64,000 bases of DNA from a virus, in the IMG/VR virus record IMGVR_UViG_3300040801_001572, positions 50,655 through 114,654 of that record, one strand, 5' to 3'. A program made the position numbers and the translations under genes. This document shows, in pieces, positions 36,668 to 46,084 of the stretch. The notes under the pieces were generated by a model, which worked only from the letters and a program-made list of their open reading frames with translations, was not told the DNA's origin and searched no databases. Position 1 is the stretch's first letter. Each line of letters begins with the position of its first letter.

Positions 36668-37291
36668 ATGTATTACACGATTTATAAAATCACCAATCAA
36701 ATCAATGGCAAGCAATACATTGGTGCGCATAAGACCACAGATTTAGAAGATGATTATATGGGCTCGGGGAAGCTATTAATCCGAGCTATTGAAAAGTACG
36801 GCATAGAAAATTTCAGTAAAGAAATTTTAGCTGTATTTGATTCTGCAGAAGAGATGTTCTCACTTGAAAAAGAACTTGTGAACGAAGAGTACGTTAATAG
36901 AAACGATACTTATAATTTGACAAAAGGAGGCTCCGGCGGTAATCGACTTTTACCGGGAAATTCGACTTGGTCATCCGAGCATTCTAAAATGATGACAGAG
37001 AAAAGATTAAAAATTTATACCGAAGATGAACGACGTGAATGGTCTAGAAAAGGCGGCCTGGCAATAAAGAAAAAAGGCACTGGTATATTTTCTCCGGAAA
37101 ACAAAAGAAACAAGGGTAAGCCCCATTCCGAGGAGCACAAGAGAAAGATAGGAAAGGCAAATTCTGTGTCTCAGAAAGGATCTAAGAATTCTCAGTATGG
37201 AACTAGGTGGATTACCAATGGAATTCTTAATAGAAAAATTAAAAATGGCGACTGTATTCCGGAAGGTTGGGTATATGGTCGTACACGATAG
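36668..37291 (+). CDS. GIY-YIG homing endonuclease
   Basis: TIYKITNQINGKQYIG, YMGSG, HSEEHKRKIG. Confidence 0.92.
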   Translation: MYYTIYKITNQINGKQYIGAHKTTDLEDDYMGSGKLLIRAIEKYGIENFSKEILAVFDSAEEMFSLEKELVNEEYVNRNDTYNLTKGGSGGNRLLPGNSTWSSEHSKMMTEKRLKIYTEDERREWSRKGGLAIKKKGTGIFSPENKRNKGKPHSEEHKRKIGKANSVSQKGSKNSQYGTRWITNGILNRKIKNGDCIPEGWVYGRTR

Positions 37292-37364
37292 GCCCTTAGC
37301 TTAATGGTTAAAGCGTCGGACTCTGACTCCGAATATATCTGTTCGACTCAGATAGGGCCCGCCA
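37290..37364 (+). tRNA. tRNA-Gln(CTG)
   Basis: TCGGA-ctCTGac-TCCGA; G73; CCA. Confidence 0.9.
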
Positions 37365-37398
37365 ATTTGATAAATATGTGTAACTTGGGAGGTTACAC

Positions 37399-37680
37399 AT
37401 GTCTAAAGAAATGCGAAGAATAATGAATATTTTAGAAAATTATCATTATGTATTTGCAGATGAAGCACACGACACCCCTGAAGAATTTCGTAAAAATTTG
37501 CATAAGGAAGTTATTGCAAATTATTTGAAAGAGAAACATGGTTTAGACTTCAACGAATCTGATGAAGATTATATCGCTGCGCTTCAACAAGGCATTGGGC
37601 ATTTGATGGCGTTAGATCTCTCAAACTCAGAATTAGAAAGCTACTCATATCGGAGCGATGTTCCGCTATTTAAGGAATAG
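37399..37680 (+). CDS. Hypothetical late protein (MSKEMRRIM family)
   Basis: TAAATA promoter; GGAGG SD. Confidence 0.7.
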   Translation: MSKEMRRIMNILENYHYVFADEAHDTPEEFRKNLHKEVIANYLKEKHGLDFNESDEDYIAALQQGIGHLMALDLSNSELESYSYRSDVPLFKE

Positions 37681-37706
37681 CCCTAACACAACCCACTAAA
37701 CACCTT

Positions 37707-37782
37707 CCCTGGCTAGCATAATGGTAAATGCACTCGGCTGATAACCGAGCGAGTCTGTGTTCGATTCACAGGTCAGGGACCA
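37707..37782 (+). tRNA. tRNA-Ile(GAT)
   Basis: CTCGG-ctGATaa-CCGAG; CCA. Confidence 0.9.
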
Positions 37783-37822
37783 AATTATTACAAGTAGTCA
37801 AAGTAAACAACTAAATACGCTT

Positions 37823-38479
37823 GTGAAATATTATATTTTATACAAGACTACCAACTTAATAACAGGCCAATATTATATAGGTAAACACGAGACAGACAAT
37901 TTAGACGATAATTATCTGGGCTCAGGGCTGCGGTTAAATCGTGCAATCAAAAAATACGGTAAAGAGAATTTTAAAAAAGAAATTCTTTGTTTTCTAGAAA
38001 ATTCGGCAATATTAAACGATTCAGAAAAAATGTTAATAAATGAGCACTTGGAAAATCCGAAATGTTATAATTTAGCACCCGGAGGCCAAGGAGGCCACGT
38101 GTATGCTCATTATACAGAAGAAGATAAGAAAAACATTTATGCTAAGATTAGCAAAACTTTAAAAAGAAAGAAAATCGCTCCACCGAGGCCCGACCTAAAG
38201 GGCAGAACACTGTCCGACGAACACAAGAGGAAGATTAGCGAATCACAGAAAGGTCGCAAAAAGCCCACTAGGTCAGCTGAACACTGTAGGAATATTAGTA
38301 AATCTCTCAAGGGTAAGAAGCTAAGTAAAAACATGAAGCTTCGTCTGTCAAACAAAATGAAACAGAATCATGCCAACCATAAAGAATTAACTTGTCCCCA
38401 CTGCATGAAAAATGGAAAAAGTGGATCTATGTATAGATGGCATTTTGATAACTGCAAAAATAAGCGCGGGTTAGAGTAG
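37823..38479 (+). CDS. GIY-YIG homing endonuclease with NUMOD3 repeats
   Basis: ILYKTTNLITGQYYIG, YLGSG, LSDEHKRKISES, CPHC..RWHFDNCK. Confidence 0.92.
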   Translation: MKYYILYKTTNLITGQYYIGKHETDNLDDNYLGSGLRLNRAIKKYGKENFKKEILCFLENSAILNDSEKMLINEHLENPKCYNLAPGGQGGHVYAHYTEEDKKNIYAKISKTLKRKKIAPPRPDLKGRTLSDEHKRKISESQKGRKKPTRSAEHCRNISKSLKGKKLSKNMKLRLSNKMKQNHANHKELTCPHCMKNGKSGSMYRWHFDNCKNKRGLE

Positions 38480-38538
38480 TGGTTACTCATGGGTCTCATA
38501 AGCCCACTAGGTCGGTTCGATTCCGGCACCCGCTACCA
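38465..38538 (+). tRNA. tRNA-Met(CAT), initiator-like
   Basis: CGCGGG start with C1 mismatch; ctCATaa loop; CCA. Confidence 0.85.
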
Positions 38539-38546
38539 AACACAAT

Positions 38547-38623
38547 GCCGCCGTAGCCCAATTGGCAGAGGCAGTAGGTTTAGAACCTATTCAGTGTGAG
38601 TTCGAGTCTCACCGGCGGCACCA
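38547..38623 (+). tRNA. tRNA-Leu(TAG), short variable loop
   Basis: GTAGG-ttTAGaa-CCTAT; CCA. Confidence 0.88.
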
Positions 38624-38721
38624 ATTAGAGGAGAAATGTTATGTGCAACTTACGAGTGAAACAACAAACCATAACAATGGCTCCAGTAACTCTAGGTACG
38701 ATTTTACTCGTGCCTCCCTAT

Positions 38722-38798
38722 GGGTGATTAGTTCAGCTGGTTAGAACGGCGGCCTGTTAAGTCGTATGTCCCCGGTTCGAGTCCGGGATCGCCCTCCA
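38722..38798 (+). tRNA. tRNA-Asn(GTT)
   Basis: GCGGC-ctGTTaa-GTCGT; CCA; atypical U discriminator. Confidence 0.85.
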
Positions 38799-38841
38799 AA
38801 TTCATTTGCATTGTTGTTCCAGAGAGTGTATAATTCCCCCT

Positions 38842-39765
38842 ATGGATCCTGCAATTTTATTTTTTGTTTTAGGCTTTATTGCAACACTACTGGGTAGCAA
38901 TATACGTTTTCCGGAATCAACTGCAAAGGCAGTTAGTCTTTACTTGCTAATCGCAATCGGCTATAAAGGCGGAATGTCGATGGCAACCGCTGCACTGAGT
39001 TATTCAATGGCAATGTCACTAGGACTTGCTTTAGCTGCTAGCGTTGTTGTTCCGTTAGTCGCATATCTGTTGCTAAGAAAATTAGAAAAACTCGAAGATG
39101 CTGTGAGCATTGCAGCAACATATGGTTCGGTTAGTGCAGTGACGTTTGTCACAGCCGTTGCATTCTTAGAGGCAGCAGGCATAGTGTTTGGCGGTTACAT
39201 GGTAGCAGCACTGACTGTGATGGAAGCACCTAGTATTGTAATGGCACTACTACTTTATAACCGAAGCACTAGTGAAAGCAAAACTTCACTGAAAGAGTTA
39301 GGTAGAATTATCTTTGCAGAAAAAAGCATTGCTATCTTGTTAGGTAGTATGTTTATCGGATATTTTGCAGGTGCCGAATACCAATTAGCACTAGCAATTA
39401 AAGGTGATATTTTTAAATTTGCCCTTTGTTTATTTTTGTTAGACATGGGCGCAAAGGTTGGTGAACGTTTCCGAGTAACAAAAACACTTGAAATTCATAA
39501 TGTTCTTTTTGCTCTGTTAATGCCAATTACAGCAAGTATTACCATGCTGTTAGTGGCTAGTATGTTATCACTTCCGGTAGGTAATGCTTTGTTGCTTGCA
39601 ATACTGGCAGGATCAGCAAGCTATATTGTTGTTCCGGCCGTTATGCAAGAAGCTATGCCTGATGCAGATCATGCAAAATATTTTACAATGAGCCTAGCTA
39701 TCACTTTTCCGTTTAACGTAATTGTTGGCATACCTGCTTATTACTATTTGTTGCTGTTGCTATGA
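38842..39765 (+). CDS. sbtA: Na+-dependent bicarbonate transporter family (SbtA/DUF897) membrane protein
   Basis: DPAILFFVLG, AIGYKGG, AATYGSVSAVTF, LLDMG, SASYI, LAITFPFN; TTGCAT-N17-TATAAT promoter 7 nt before ATG. Confidence 0.88.
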   Translation: MDPAILFFVLGFIATLLGSNIRFPESTAKAVSLYLLIAIGYKGGMSMATAALSYSMAMSLGLALAASVVVPLVAYLLLRKLEKLEDAVSIAATYGSVSAVTFVTAVAFLEAAGIVFGGYMVAALTVMEAPSIVMALLLYNRSTSESKTSLKELGRIIFAEKSIAILLGSMFIGYFAGAEYQLALAIKGDIFKFALCLFLLDMGAKVGERFRVTKTLEIHNVLFALLMPITASITMLLVASMLSLPVGNALLLAILAGSASYIVVPAVMQEAMPDADHAKYFTMSLAITFPFNVIVGIPAYYYLLLLL

Positions 39766-40019
39766 AAGCAGTTGTTGTACAAGAATCCGATATAGAAAAG
39801 GCACTAACCAAAGCAGGTTATATGTCTACACCATACGGCGATAAACATATAGCAAGAGTGTTGGACATTTCAGAAAACCAATCTGTGGTCACACTTAGTA
39901 CAGGCGAATCTTACTTTTGTGAAACCACAGAAGGACCTAGCTCACACGCATACATGAAAATATTCACTGTAGTGGGCAACGTACCTGTTCCGGGAATCGA
40001 AGTTGTTCGATTCCCATAA
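39762..40019 (+). CDS. Hypothetical protein
   Basis: ATGA overlap with sbtA stop. Confidence 0.6.
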   Translation: MKAVVVQESDIEKALTKAGYMSTPYGDKHIARVLDISENQSVVTLSTGESYFCETTEGPSSHAYMKIFTVVGNVPVPGIEVVRFP

Positions 40020-40020
40020 T

Positions 40021-40097
40021 GCCGGTGTACCAGAATAGGCATATGGACCTGGTTCAAACCCAGGGGTTTGTGGGTTCGACCCCCACCACCGGTACCA
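40021..40097 (+). tRNA. tRNA-Leu(CAA), short variable loop
   Basis: CCTGG-ttCAAac-CCAGG; CCA. Confidence 0.85.
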
Positions 40098-40102
40098 AAC
40101 AT

Positions 40103-40354
40103 GCGATATACACAGGAAAGCCTCCCTGTTGTGAGCAGGGCAAAGCGCCTGCAGTCACTATCGCAAATTTTTCAGAGGAAAGTCAGGACACGGCGGAAGC
40201 CAGGTGGGAGACGAAAGTCGCTAGAACCACAAGATACGAAAGCGCCGTGCAACACAAACAGTCCAGAGATAAGCTTCAATTGTAGACGGACGGGTAGTGG
40301 CACTAGATGAATGACGGTTGAAAAAACAGAATCCTGCTTACGTAGAACCGTCGC
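40103..40354 (+). ncRNA. rnpB: RNase P RNA, compact
   Basis: GAGGAAAGTCAGG (40175) and ACAGAATCCTGCTTA (40326) P4 halves with compensatory change; AGATGAATGAC; GCGAT/GTCGC terminal pairing. Confidence 0.88.
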
Positions 40355-40362
40355 TGAAACTT

Positions 40363-40439
40363 GCTCCTAAAGCATTTATTTGGATGATGCCTGGTTTTGT
40401 AATCCGGAGAATGGGGTTCGATTCCTCATGGGAGCACCA
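40363..40439 (+). tRNA. tRNA-Thr(TGT)
   Basis: ttTGTaa loop; CCA. Confidence 0.8.
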
Positions 40440-40457
40440 AATTTAATAAATAGCTGT

Positions 40458-40919
40458 ATGAAGCTATACGAAGTCATACAAGAAGAACCATTCGACAGTT
40501 CCGAAGTCGGAATGGGCCTTACTCAATACTATAATAGCAATTTTGTTATGTGGGGCGGAATGCGTTCCGGCAATAGTCCTGCTGGTCAAACACGATTGAA
40601 ATTTATGGTATTTGATCGAAAGCAACTCGAAGCAGGCGTCGATCAAGAAGAAGCAGAGATAGGGTTTGTAGAGTTGTTTGTGAAAGACGGGACACAAGAA
40701 ATAGTTGGTCTAGTTAATATCGAACTCAACAAAGATTTGAGAAAAACAGGTTACGGAAGAAAGCTAGTCCGTGATATAGTCGATACCACACAGTCAGGTC
40801 TGACTGTTAATGATATCCAGAAACGAGCTAAGGGTTTTTGGAAAAAGCAAGGCGTAGAATTTACCGATAAAGCAGAAAGATTTGGTAAGATAGATAAAGA
40901 CCAAAACTCCGATATGTGA
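40458..40919 (+). CDS. GNAT-family acetyltransferase-like protein
   Basis: LRKTGYGRKLV (motif A) and AKGFWKKQG. Confidence 0.65.
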   Translation: MKLYEVIQEEPFDSSEVGMGLTQYYNSNFVMWGGMRSGNSPAGQTRLKFMVFDRKQLEAGVDQEEAEIGFVELFVKDGTQEIVGLVNIELNKDLRKTGYGRKLVRDIVDTTQSGLTVNDIQKRAKGFWKKQGVEFTDKAERFGKIDKDQNSDM

Positions 40920-40951
40920 TAAATACAACAAAACAACACACGGAGTTTAGC

Positions 40952-41866
40952 ATGTCTTCAGAAATGCGCAAACTAATGGAAGCTGTAATTGGCATGACTT
41001 CCGCAGGTGATACTACACCTGATGCTGTTCCAGTAAAAGAAGAACCAGAACATGCGGATGATGTAATCCGTCTAAGCATGTTGCAAGAAGAAATGCTGGA
41101 TAATCTAAGAGAATTCAACGACATTGTAGTCAAGATTGCAGGCTACGATAGTTCAGTCCATGAAAGATTCAAGCGCCATGTATTTGCTAATATTATGGCA
41201 GCAATTGATAATAGTACCTACGGTAGCCGTGGGCACGACATGAACGACATTATTACAGACATTCAAGAGAGAATTGATACAGATAGTATTGATGCGCCGG
41301 ATGTCGATATGGATCAGCTTGAGCGTGACGTAGAGCAGTCATTTCGCCAAGAAGAATCTTACTTACTAGATGATTACAGTGACCCCGACAGCTTGATGCA
41401 AATGCTAAAAGCAGAAGGACACGAAATGGTAGCAGCAGGCCGCGATGCAAAGATAGTTGCTGCAATCTTAGGAAAGAAAGCAGGCCTAGACGCTACTAAT
41501 ACCGAAATACTTTATCACGAATTGTTAGATAAAGAGTATGATAGATTCCGTGAATCGGTTACTGCAGAATTAGATGAAATTGAAAAGAAATTAGCAGTTT
41601 TCGAAAGCAAGATTTTACTAGCAGAAGATCATCAACAGCCTTTGCCAGGTGCAATTTCTGCTAAGTTGCAACAAGCGCAAAAGCGATATGATGCAGCTAG
41701 ATCAGGTCTAAGCATTGCGCATAGACTTCCAGATGGCGAAGAAAAAGCAATGCACATGAAGCGTATTTTTGGAAATATGAATCGTCTTCGTGCTGAAGTT
41801 AAAAGAGTCGAAAAAGAACTTGCCCAAGCAGAACAAGATCTTTCAAGGATGGTAGGTAAGCTGTAA
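40952..41866 (+). CDS. Hypothetical late protein (MSSEMRKLME family)
   Basis: TAAATA promoter; GGAG SD. Confidence 0.7.
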   Translation: MSSEMRKLMEAVIGMTSAGDTTPDAVPVKEEPEHADDVIRLSMLQEEMLDNLREFNDIVVKIAGYDSSVHERFKRHVFANIMAAIDNSTYGSRGHDMNDIITDIQERIDTDSIDAPDVDMDQLERDVEQSFRQEESYLLDDYSDPDSLMQMLKAEGHEMVAAGRDAKIVAAILGKKAGLDATNTEILYHELLDKEYDRFRESVTAELDEIEKKLAVFESKILLAEDHQQPLPGAISAKLQQAQKRYDAARSGLSIAHRLPDGEEKAMHMKRIFGNMNRLRAEVKRVEKELAQAEQDLSRMVGKL

Positions 41867-42426
41867 TGCGCTTAATCGAACTTGACATGAGTCCACAGCG
41901 AATGAGGCTAACTCCTGAAGAAATGGAGTTTGTGCTCGATCTTGTGAAAGACGAAATTATGACTCAGTCAGAACTTTCTGCAAAGGTTAAAGATGCGACA
42001 GTTGACTATTCTCGAAATAAAAACAGTTTGAGAATGGCAGCACCCAGGATTTATACACTGGTACACGGTGAACTTCCTTTAGATATGGAAGACCGAGCAG
42101 GTTGGTTTGCCGAGATGCCGAACACAATGATTCGGTTCTTGCAATCAAAGGGATACGACGTTGCAGACAATATTCGTCGTGCTAAGATTGATGCTAGACA
42201 CCGAACCAAGAAGCCAACAAGGCAGCAAGCTAAAGACATTATGATCAGTTATTTTAACGATCATGAGGAACACTTAGACAGAGATGCCGTTGTAAAAAAC
42301 CGAGAGAAGATACAGAGACAGATTCAACAAGGAGATCACATCGAACTTGTGTTTCGTCCTTTCTACCTCGATGAATCTGTTTTTGAATCAATAATAGATC
42401 AAAAAGGATTACAGCATTTGCTGTAG
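41866..42426 (+). CDS. Hypothetical protein (MRLIEL...)
   Basis: Coupled ORF. Confidence 0.65.
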   Translation: MRLIELDMSPQRMRLTPEEMEFVLDLVKDEIMTQSELSAKVKDATVDYSRNKNSLRMAAPRIYTLVHGELPLDMEDRAGWFAEMPNTMIRFLQSKGYDVADNIRRAKIDARHRTKKPTRQQAKDIMISYFNDHEEHLDRDAVVKNREKIQRQIQQGDHIELVFRPFYLDESVFESIIDQKGLQHLL

Positions 42427-42438
42427 GAGATTAAAATA

Positions 42439-42891
42439 ATGGATAGCATTTGGAAATATATTGCCGCAATTTTCACCGGCATTCTTGCACTGCTTGGCAT
42501 GGGTTGCAGCAACCTAGAGTCAGTCGATCCTGTAGAAACAGGCGAAGTAATTGGTTTTGTTTACACAATGACCAAGGACGAGCTTGACGAGGATCACCGT
42601 GAAGCAGTTGAAGAAGCTTATGCGGTTTTTGTTGAAGTAGTAAACAACTTCGACGAGAATGGTAACATCGATCTTAAGCAGACTCTTTTCAATGTACTTG
42701 AAGAGAAGTTCCCAGGTGAAACTGGTGACAACGCCCAGACAAAGGCGATTGTTAAGATGATCGTTAACCGTTACTGGGATCGTGTAGACGAGAAGTATGG
42801 CATTACCAACCGTATTCCTAGCGAGCAGATTGCAATCGTTCGTCAGGTTTACATCGGTATTGAGCGCGGCCTAGGACGCGAAGTAGAGTAA
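42439..42891 (+). CDS. Putative lipoprotein
   Basis: Hydrophobic N-terminus then LGMGC lipobox-like; terminator-like hairpin at 42898-42920. Confidence 0.65.
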   Translation: MDSIWKYIAAIFTGILALLGMGCSNLESVDPVETGEVIGFVYTMTKDELDEDHREAVEEAYAVFVEVVNNFDENGNIDLKQTLFNVLEEKFPGETGDNAQTKAIVKMIVNRYWDRVDEKYGITNRIPSEQIAIVRQVYIGIERGLGREVE

Positions 42892-42922
42892 AACGATAGC
42901 CGGATTTATTCCGGCTTTCTAT

Positions 42923-42996
42923 GCCCCCGCCGGCGGATCCGGTCTTTCGGCTACGAACCGAGATGATGGCGAGTTCGACTCTCCCCGGGGGTTCCA
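42923..42996 (+). tRNA. tRNA-Arg(ACG), degenerate D arm
   Basis: TTCGG-ctACGaa-CCGAG; T loop; CCA. Confidence 0.65.
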
Positions 42997-43014
42997 AATT
43001 TTAGGAAAATAATT

Positions 43015-43335
43015 ATGTCAGCAAACGAAATGCGCAAGATCATGGAAGCAATACGACTTGCCGAAAGCGCACAATATGCATACAATGTTTATTTTGAAAC
43101 TGACAGTGGATATGATGTGCAAGCCACTGTTGCTTATTATCCGGGAGACCCGGGTATGCGTACTATGCCAAATGGTGATCCGGGTTATCCACCGTCAGGT
43201 GCAGAAGTCGAAATTTATGACACCTTTATAGACGGTAAGCCATATCTGCCAACAGACGAAGAGCAAGAGCGTTGGGAAGAAGACGTATTGGAGAATCCTG
43301 AAAAATATTTTAGGTCTCCTGGGGATGAATACTAA
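43015..43335 (+). CDS. Acidic protein (MSANEMRKIME family)
   Basis: ORF with SD. Confidence 0.7.
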   Translation: MSANEMRKIMEAIRLAESAQYAYNVYFETDSGYDVQATVAYYPGDPGMRTMPNGDPGYPPSGAEVEIYDTFIDGKPYLPTDEEQERWEEDVLENPEKYFRSPGDEY

Positions 43336-44075
43336 TGTCAGCAAACGATATGCGTAAACTAATGGAAACTGTTGCACGGTTTTCAGAAGATGAGAGCGAA
43401 GCACAAAAGAAAGCCAAAAACGTAGCAACAGCAGTTGAGAATGTTTGGCAAACCATTGGTCATGATTTTTCCGGAGAATACTCCGCAGAAGAAGTTGTTG
43501 AACTATCGACAGACGGACATCGTTTAGCAACTTTCGGATTTGAGCGCGACAATGAATTATGGGCTGACCTAGTTAATTCTATGGGAGCATCGGACGCAAT
43601 GAGTCTTGTTGCTGACTACATGAGCGACGATTACTATATGGGCGCAGAAGAGGAAGAGTATACAGATTATCACGATTTTGATGATGTATATGAGTCTGAT
43701 ACAAATATTCCGTTTGGCAAGTGGGTAGAATATGACGCCGACTCGCTAGAAGCAGTAGTTGATGAGCTACACCGAGACGCAGGATACTACACCCAGTTCG
43801 GAGAAGATTTTTATGTTTTCTACGAAATAACAGGTGTTAAAAGCAAGCGAGGCACATTTAGTCCGAGAGCGTCTGACCCCGAAGAATACCACGGTTATCG
43901 TACAGTTAACAGTGAGCCAAAGTATGTTATACTGTTTAATGACAATGACCAAATGATGGCAATGGACTACGATAAAATGCCGGACCGTAGCTTGCAATAT
44001 GACGCCGAGATGGCAGCAGACGAAGCAGCACAAGAGCAAGACGTTAGTGACAGTGATTTTGATCCTAGATACTAA
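43335..44075 (+). CDS. Acidic protein (MSANDMRKLME family)
   Basis: Coupled ORF with paralogous N-terminus. Confidence 0.7.
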   Translation: MSANDMRKLMETVARFSEDESEAQKKAKNVATAVENVWQTIGHDFSGEYSAEEVVELSTDGHRLATFGFERDNELWADLVNSMGASDAMSLVADYMSDDYYMGAEEEEYTDYHDFDDVYESDTNIPFGKWVEYDADSLEAVVDELHRDAGYYTQFGEDFYVFYEITGVKSKRGTFSPRASDPEEYHGYRTVNSEPKYVILFNDNDQMMAMDYDKMPDRSLQYDAEMAADEAAQEQDVSDSDFDPRY

Positions 44076-44087
44076 TGGCAGCATAGT

Positions 44088-44354
44088 GTGAAAAGGCTTG
44101 CAAAAACTTTTATCGATTTTGTTTGGTGGCTGTTTCTTATGCCATCGAACTATGACCAAGAAAGAAGAAATTCACCCGAATACAAAGCAAGATTGCGCAT
44201 AGTCCAATCAGCGTGGACTGTGGTCGGAATCTTTATGCTATTTGTCTTATTCTTTTATCCCGGCCTCCCGGGGTTAGCGATGTGCATGGTCTTAGGACTG
44301 TTAATGACGTTCGGAGCCTTTATGTTCCTGGACGAATACCACATCGACGACTAG
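44088..44354 (+). CDS. Small membrane protein
   Basis: Two hydrophobic helices. Confidence 0.6.
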   Translation: MKRLAKTFIDFVWWLFLMPSNYDQERRNSPEYKARLRIVQSAWTVVGIFMLFVLFFYPGLPGLAMCMVLGLLMTFGAFMFLDEYHIDD

Positions 44355-44360
44355 TTTTAT

Positions 44361-44466
44361 GGGCGTATAGTTTGAATGGATAAAACGACAGGCTCCACAC
44401 CTGTAGATCCGGAGCGGAAGCGCTGCAGAGCTGAAGCTAATGGTTCGAGTCCCGGTGCGCTCGCCA
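44361..44466 (+). tRNA. tRNA-Trp(CCA) with ~30-nt insertion in T stem
   Basis: ACAGG-ctCCAca-CCTGT; G73; CCA; extra segment splits the CCGG|G T-stem strand. Confidence 0.7.
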
Positions 44467-44472
44467 ATTTAT

Positions 44473-44532
44473 GCCGATGTCTATATAGTGGTCTAGAGGA
44501 GACCAAAATCACTAGATACAACGTCGGCGCCA
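44473..44532 (+). ncRNA. 60-nt CCA-ended mini RNA
   Basis: GCCGATGT/ACGTCGGC stem followed by GCCA. Confidence 0.55.
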
Positions 44533-44609
44533 AATCTTGACCTCTGATTAGAAATGCACTATGCTGATAAATATTGTGTAACTATTACACAAATACAGAG
44601 GTTGACACA

Positions 44610-45758
44610 GTGCTTAAAAGAGTATGTGGACCAATACTTATAATATTTTCTACTGTGTCTGTTGCACAAATGGACACAGAGTACTACAAAGGTTCTGCTT
44701 TAGATAGGCAAAATCGTATACTGCAATATCAGGTAGCGCTAGAGCAAGCAGAGCGAACTGGCGGCGCATATTCTTCAGATCTTGGCGAAATTTTGTTAGG
44801 ACTCGGCAGGGTTTACCAAGAGTTCGGCGAGCACGAAGATGCAATTACAATCTTCAAAAGATCAGCACACCTTACTAGAATCAATGAAGGCCTAAATAGC
44901 GAAGGACATCTAGCAGCATTAGAAGAGCTATTAGAAAGTTATCTGCAGACAGGTGACATTGCTCATGCGGATGACATTAGAAACAGAATGTTTCGAGTAC
45001 AACGAAATCTGTATCCGATAGACAGCAACGAATATTTAGATGCAATGACTGAATATGTGCAATGGCAACAAGTTGCATACCGTTACAAATTTGGACCACG
45101 TACATATGCTCGACTTTTGTCAATTGAAGAGTTAGACAAAGAAGCATCGCAGTCGCACCCCGATCTAACAATTGAACGTTTTTATAATTGTTACTTGGTT
45201 AAAGCATACAAAGGCGAGCCTGTTCCAAAAATGCAAATAAGCGTAAATGGACAAGGCGGCCAACAAGATAGAAATGCAGATGTCGATTGGCACAAATTTA
45301 GAGCATTTGGTAGACACGTATATCAAAACGGTGTGAAAATGCTCGAAGAATACATTGACCAAGAACAAGACGATCTGAAAAGAGCACATGCATTAGCGTT
45401 GCTAGGCGATTGGCAGTTGTGGAACGGTAAGGTAGCGACTGCTAAAAAATTATACCTCGAGGCTTATGCACTGGATAATACGCTTTTTGAGAAACCCACA
45501 CAGATCCCACCAGAGGATGTGTATGCTGATGTTGACTATATTGTGCCCGCAGTAGAGCACGAAGTCGAAGTCCGCTTTACTGTGAGATCAAACGGACGAC
45601 TCAGAGATGTAACTGCAGAAGAAACAGAAGAAAACCGATCGGCCAGAATACGTGCACTCAAAGATGTGCGTAGATGGAGATTCCGTCCTAGGATTGAAAA
45701 CGGTGAAATAGTCGACACAGCAGATGTCGTTGCCCGTTACAAAATCTACCAAGATTAA
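44610..45758 (+). CDS. Secreted TPR + TonB C-terminal domain protein
   Basis: Signal peptide; TPR-like helices; VRFTVRSNGR..WRFRPRIENG. Confidence 0.75.
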   Translation: MLKRVCGPILIIFSTVSVAQMDTEYYKGSALDRQNRILQYQVALEQAERTGGAYSSDLGEILLGLGRVYQEFGEHEDAITIFKRSAHLTRINEGLNSEGHLAALEELLESYLQTGDIAHADDIRNRMFRVQRNLYPIDSNEYLDAMTEYVQWQQVAYRYKFGPRTYARLLSIEELDKEASQSHPDLTIERFYNCYLVKAYKGEPVPKMQISVNGQGGQQDRNADVDWHKFRAFGRHVYQNGVKMLEEYIDQEQDDLKRAHALALLGDWQLWNGKVATAKKLYLEAYALDNTLFEKPTQIPPEDVYADVDYIVPAVEHEVEVRFTVRSNGRLRDVTAEETEENRSARIRALKDVRRWRFRPRIENGEIVDTADVVARYKIYQD

Positions 45759-45759
45759 T

Positions 45760-45836
45760 GCCCCTGTAGCTCAGTGGATTAGAGCACTACGCTACGAACG
45801 TAGGTGTCGGAGGTTCGAGTCCTTCCAGGGGTGCCA
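45760..45836 (+). tRNA. tRNA-Arg(ACG)
   Basis: Canonical cloverleaf; CCA. Confidence 0.93.
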
Positions 45837-45880
45837 AATAAAATATTGCAAACTGAAGATAAGCTTGCTAATATGTTATC

Positions 45881-46084
45881 ATGACTATGCATACTGATTT
45901 TAGGCGCGGCCAGAAAATCTTTGTGATTTTTAAAGACGGTTCGCAGCTAGTCGATTCCTATGTCGAAAGCAAAAGCCAGCATATTTTTTTACGAAAAACA
46001 GGAAAAATTCCTGTGAAAAGAATTAGATCGATTACCATATATAAGACGCCTCCGAGATCGTTGCCCCATTCGTCTACTGGCTAG
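45881..46084 (+). CDS. Small hypothetical protein
   Basis: ORF after promoter-like sequence; ends inside tRNA-Glu. Confidence 0.55.
   Translation: MTMHTDFRRGQKIFVIFKDGSQLVDSYVESKSQHIFLRKTGKIPVKRIRSITIYKTPPRSLPHSSTG

Noticed and set aside
40019-40310. Short ORFs 40019-40285 and 40068-40310
   Set aside because: They overlap tRNA-Leu and the RNase P RNA.
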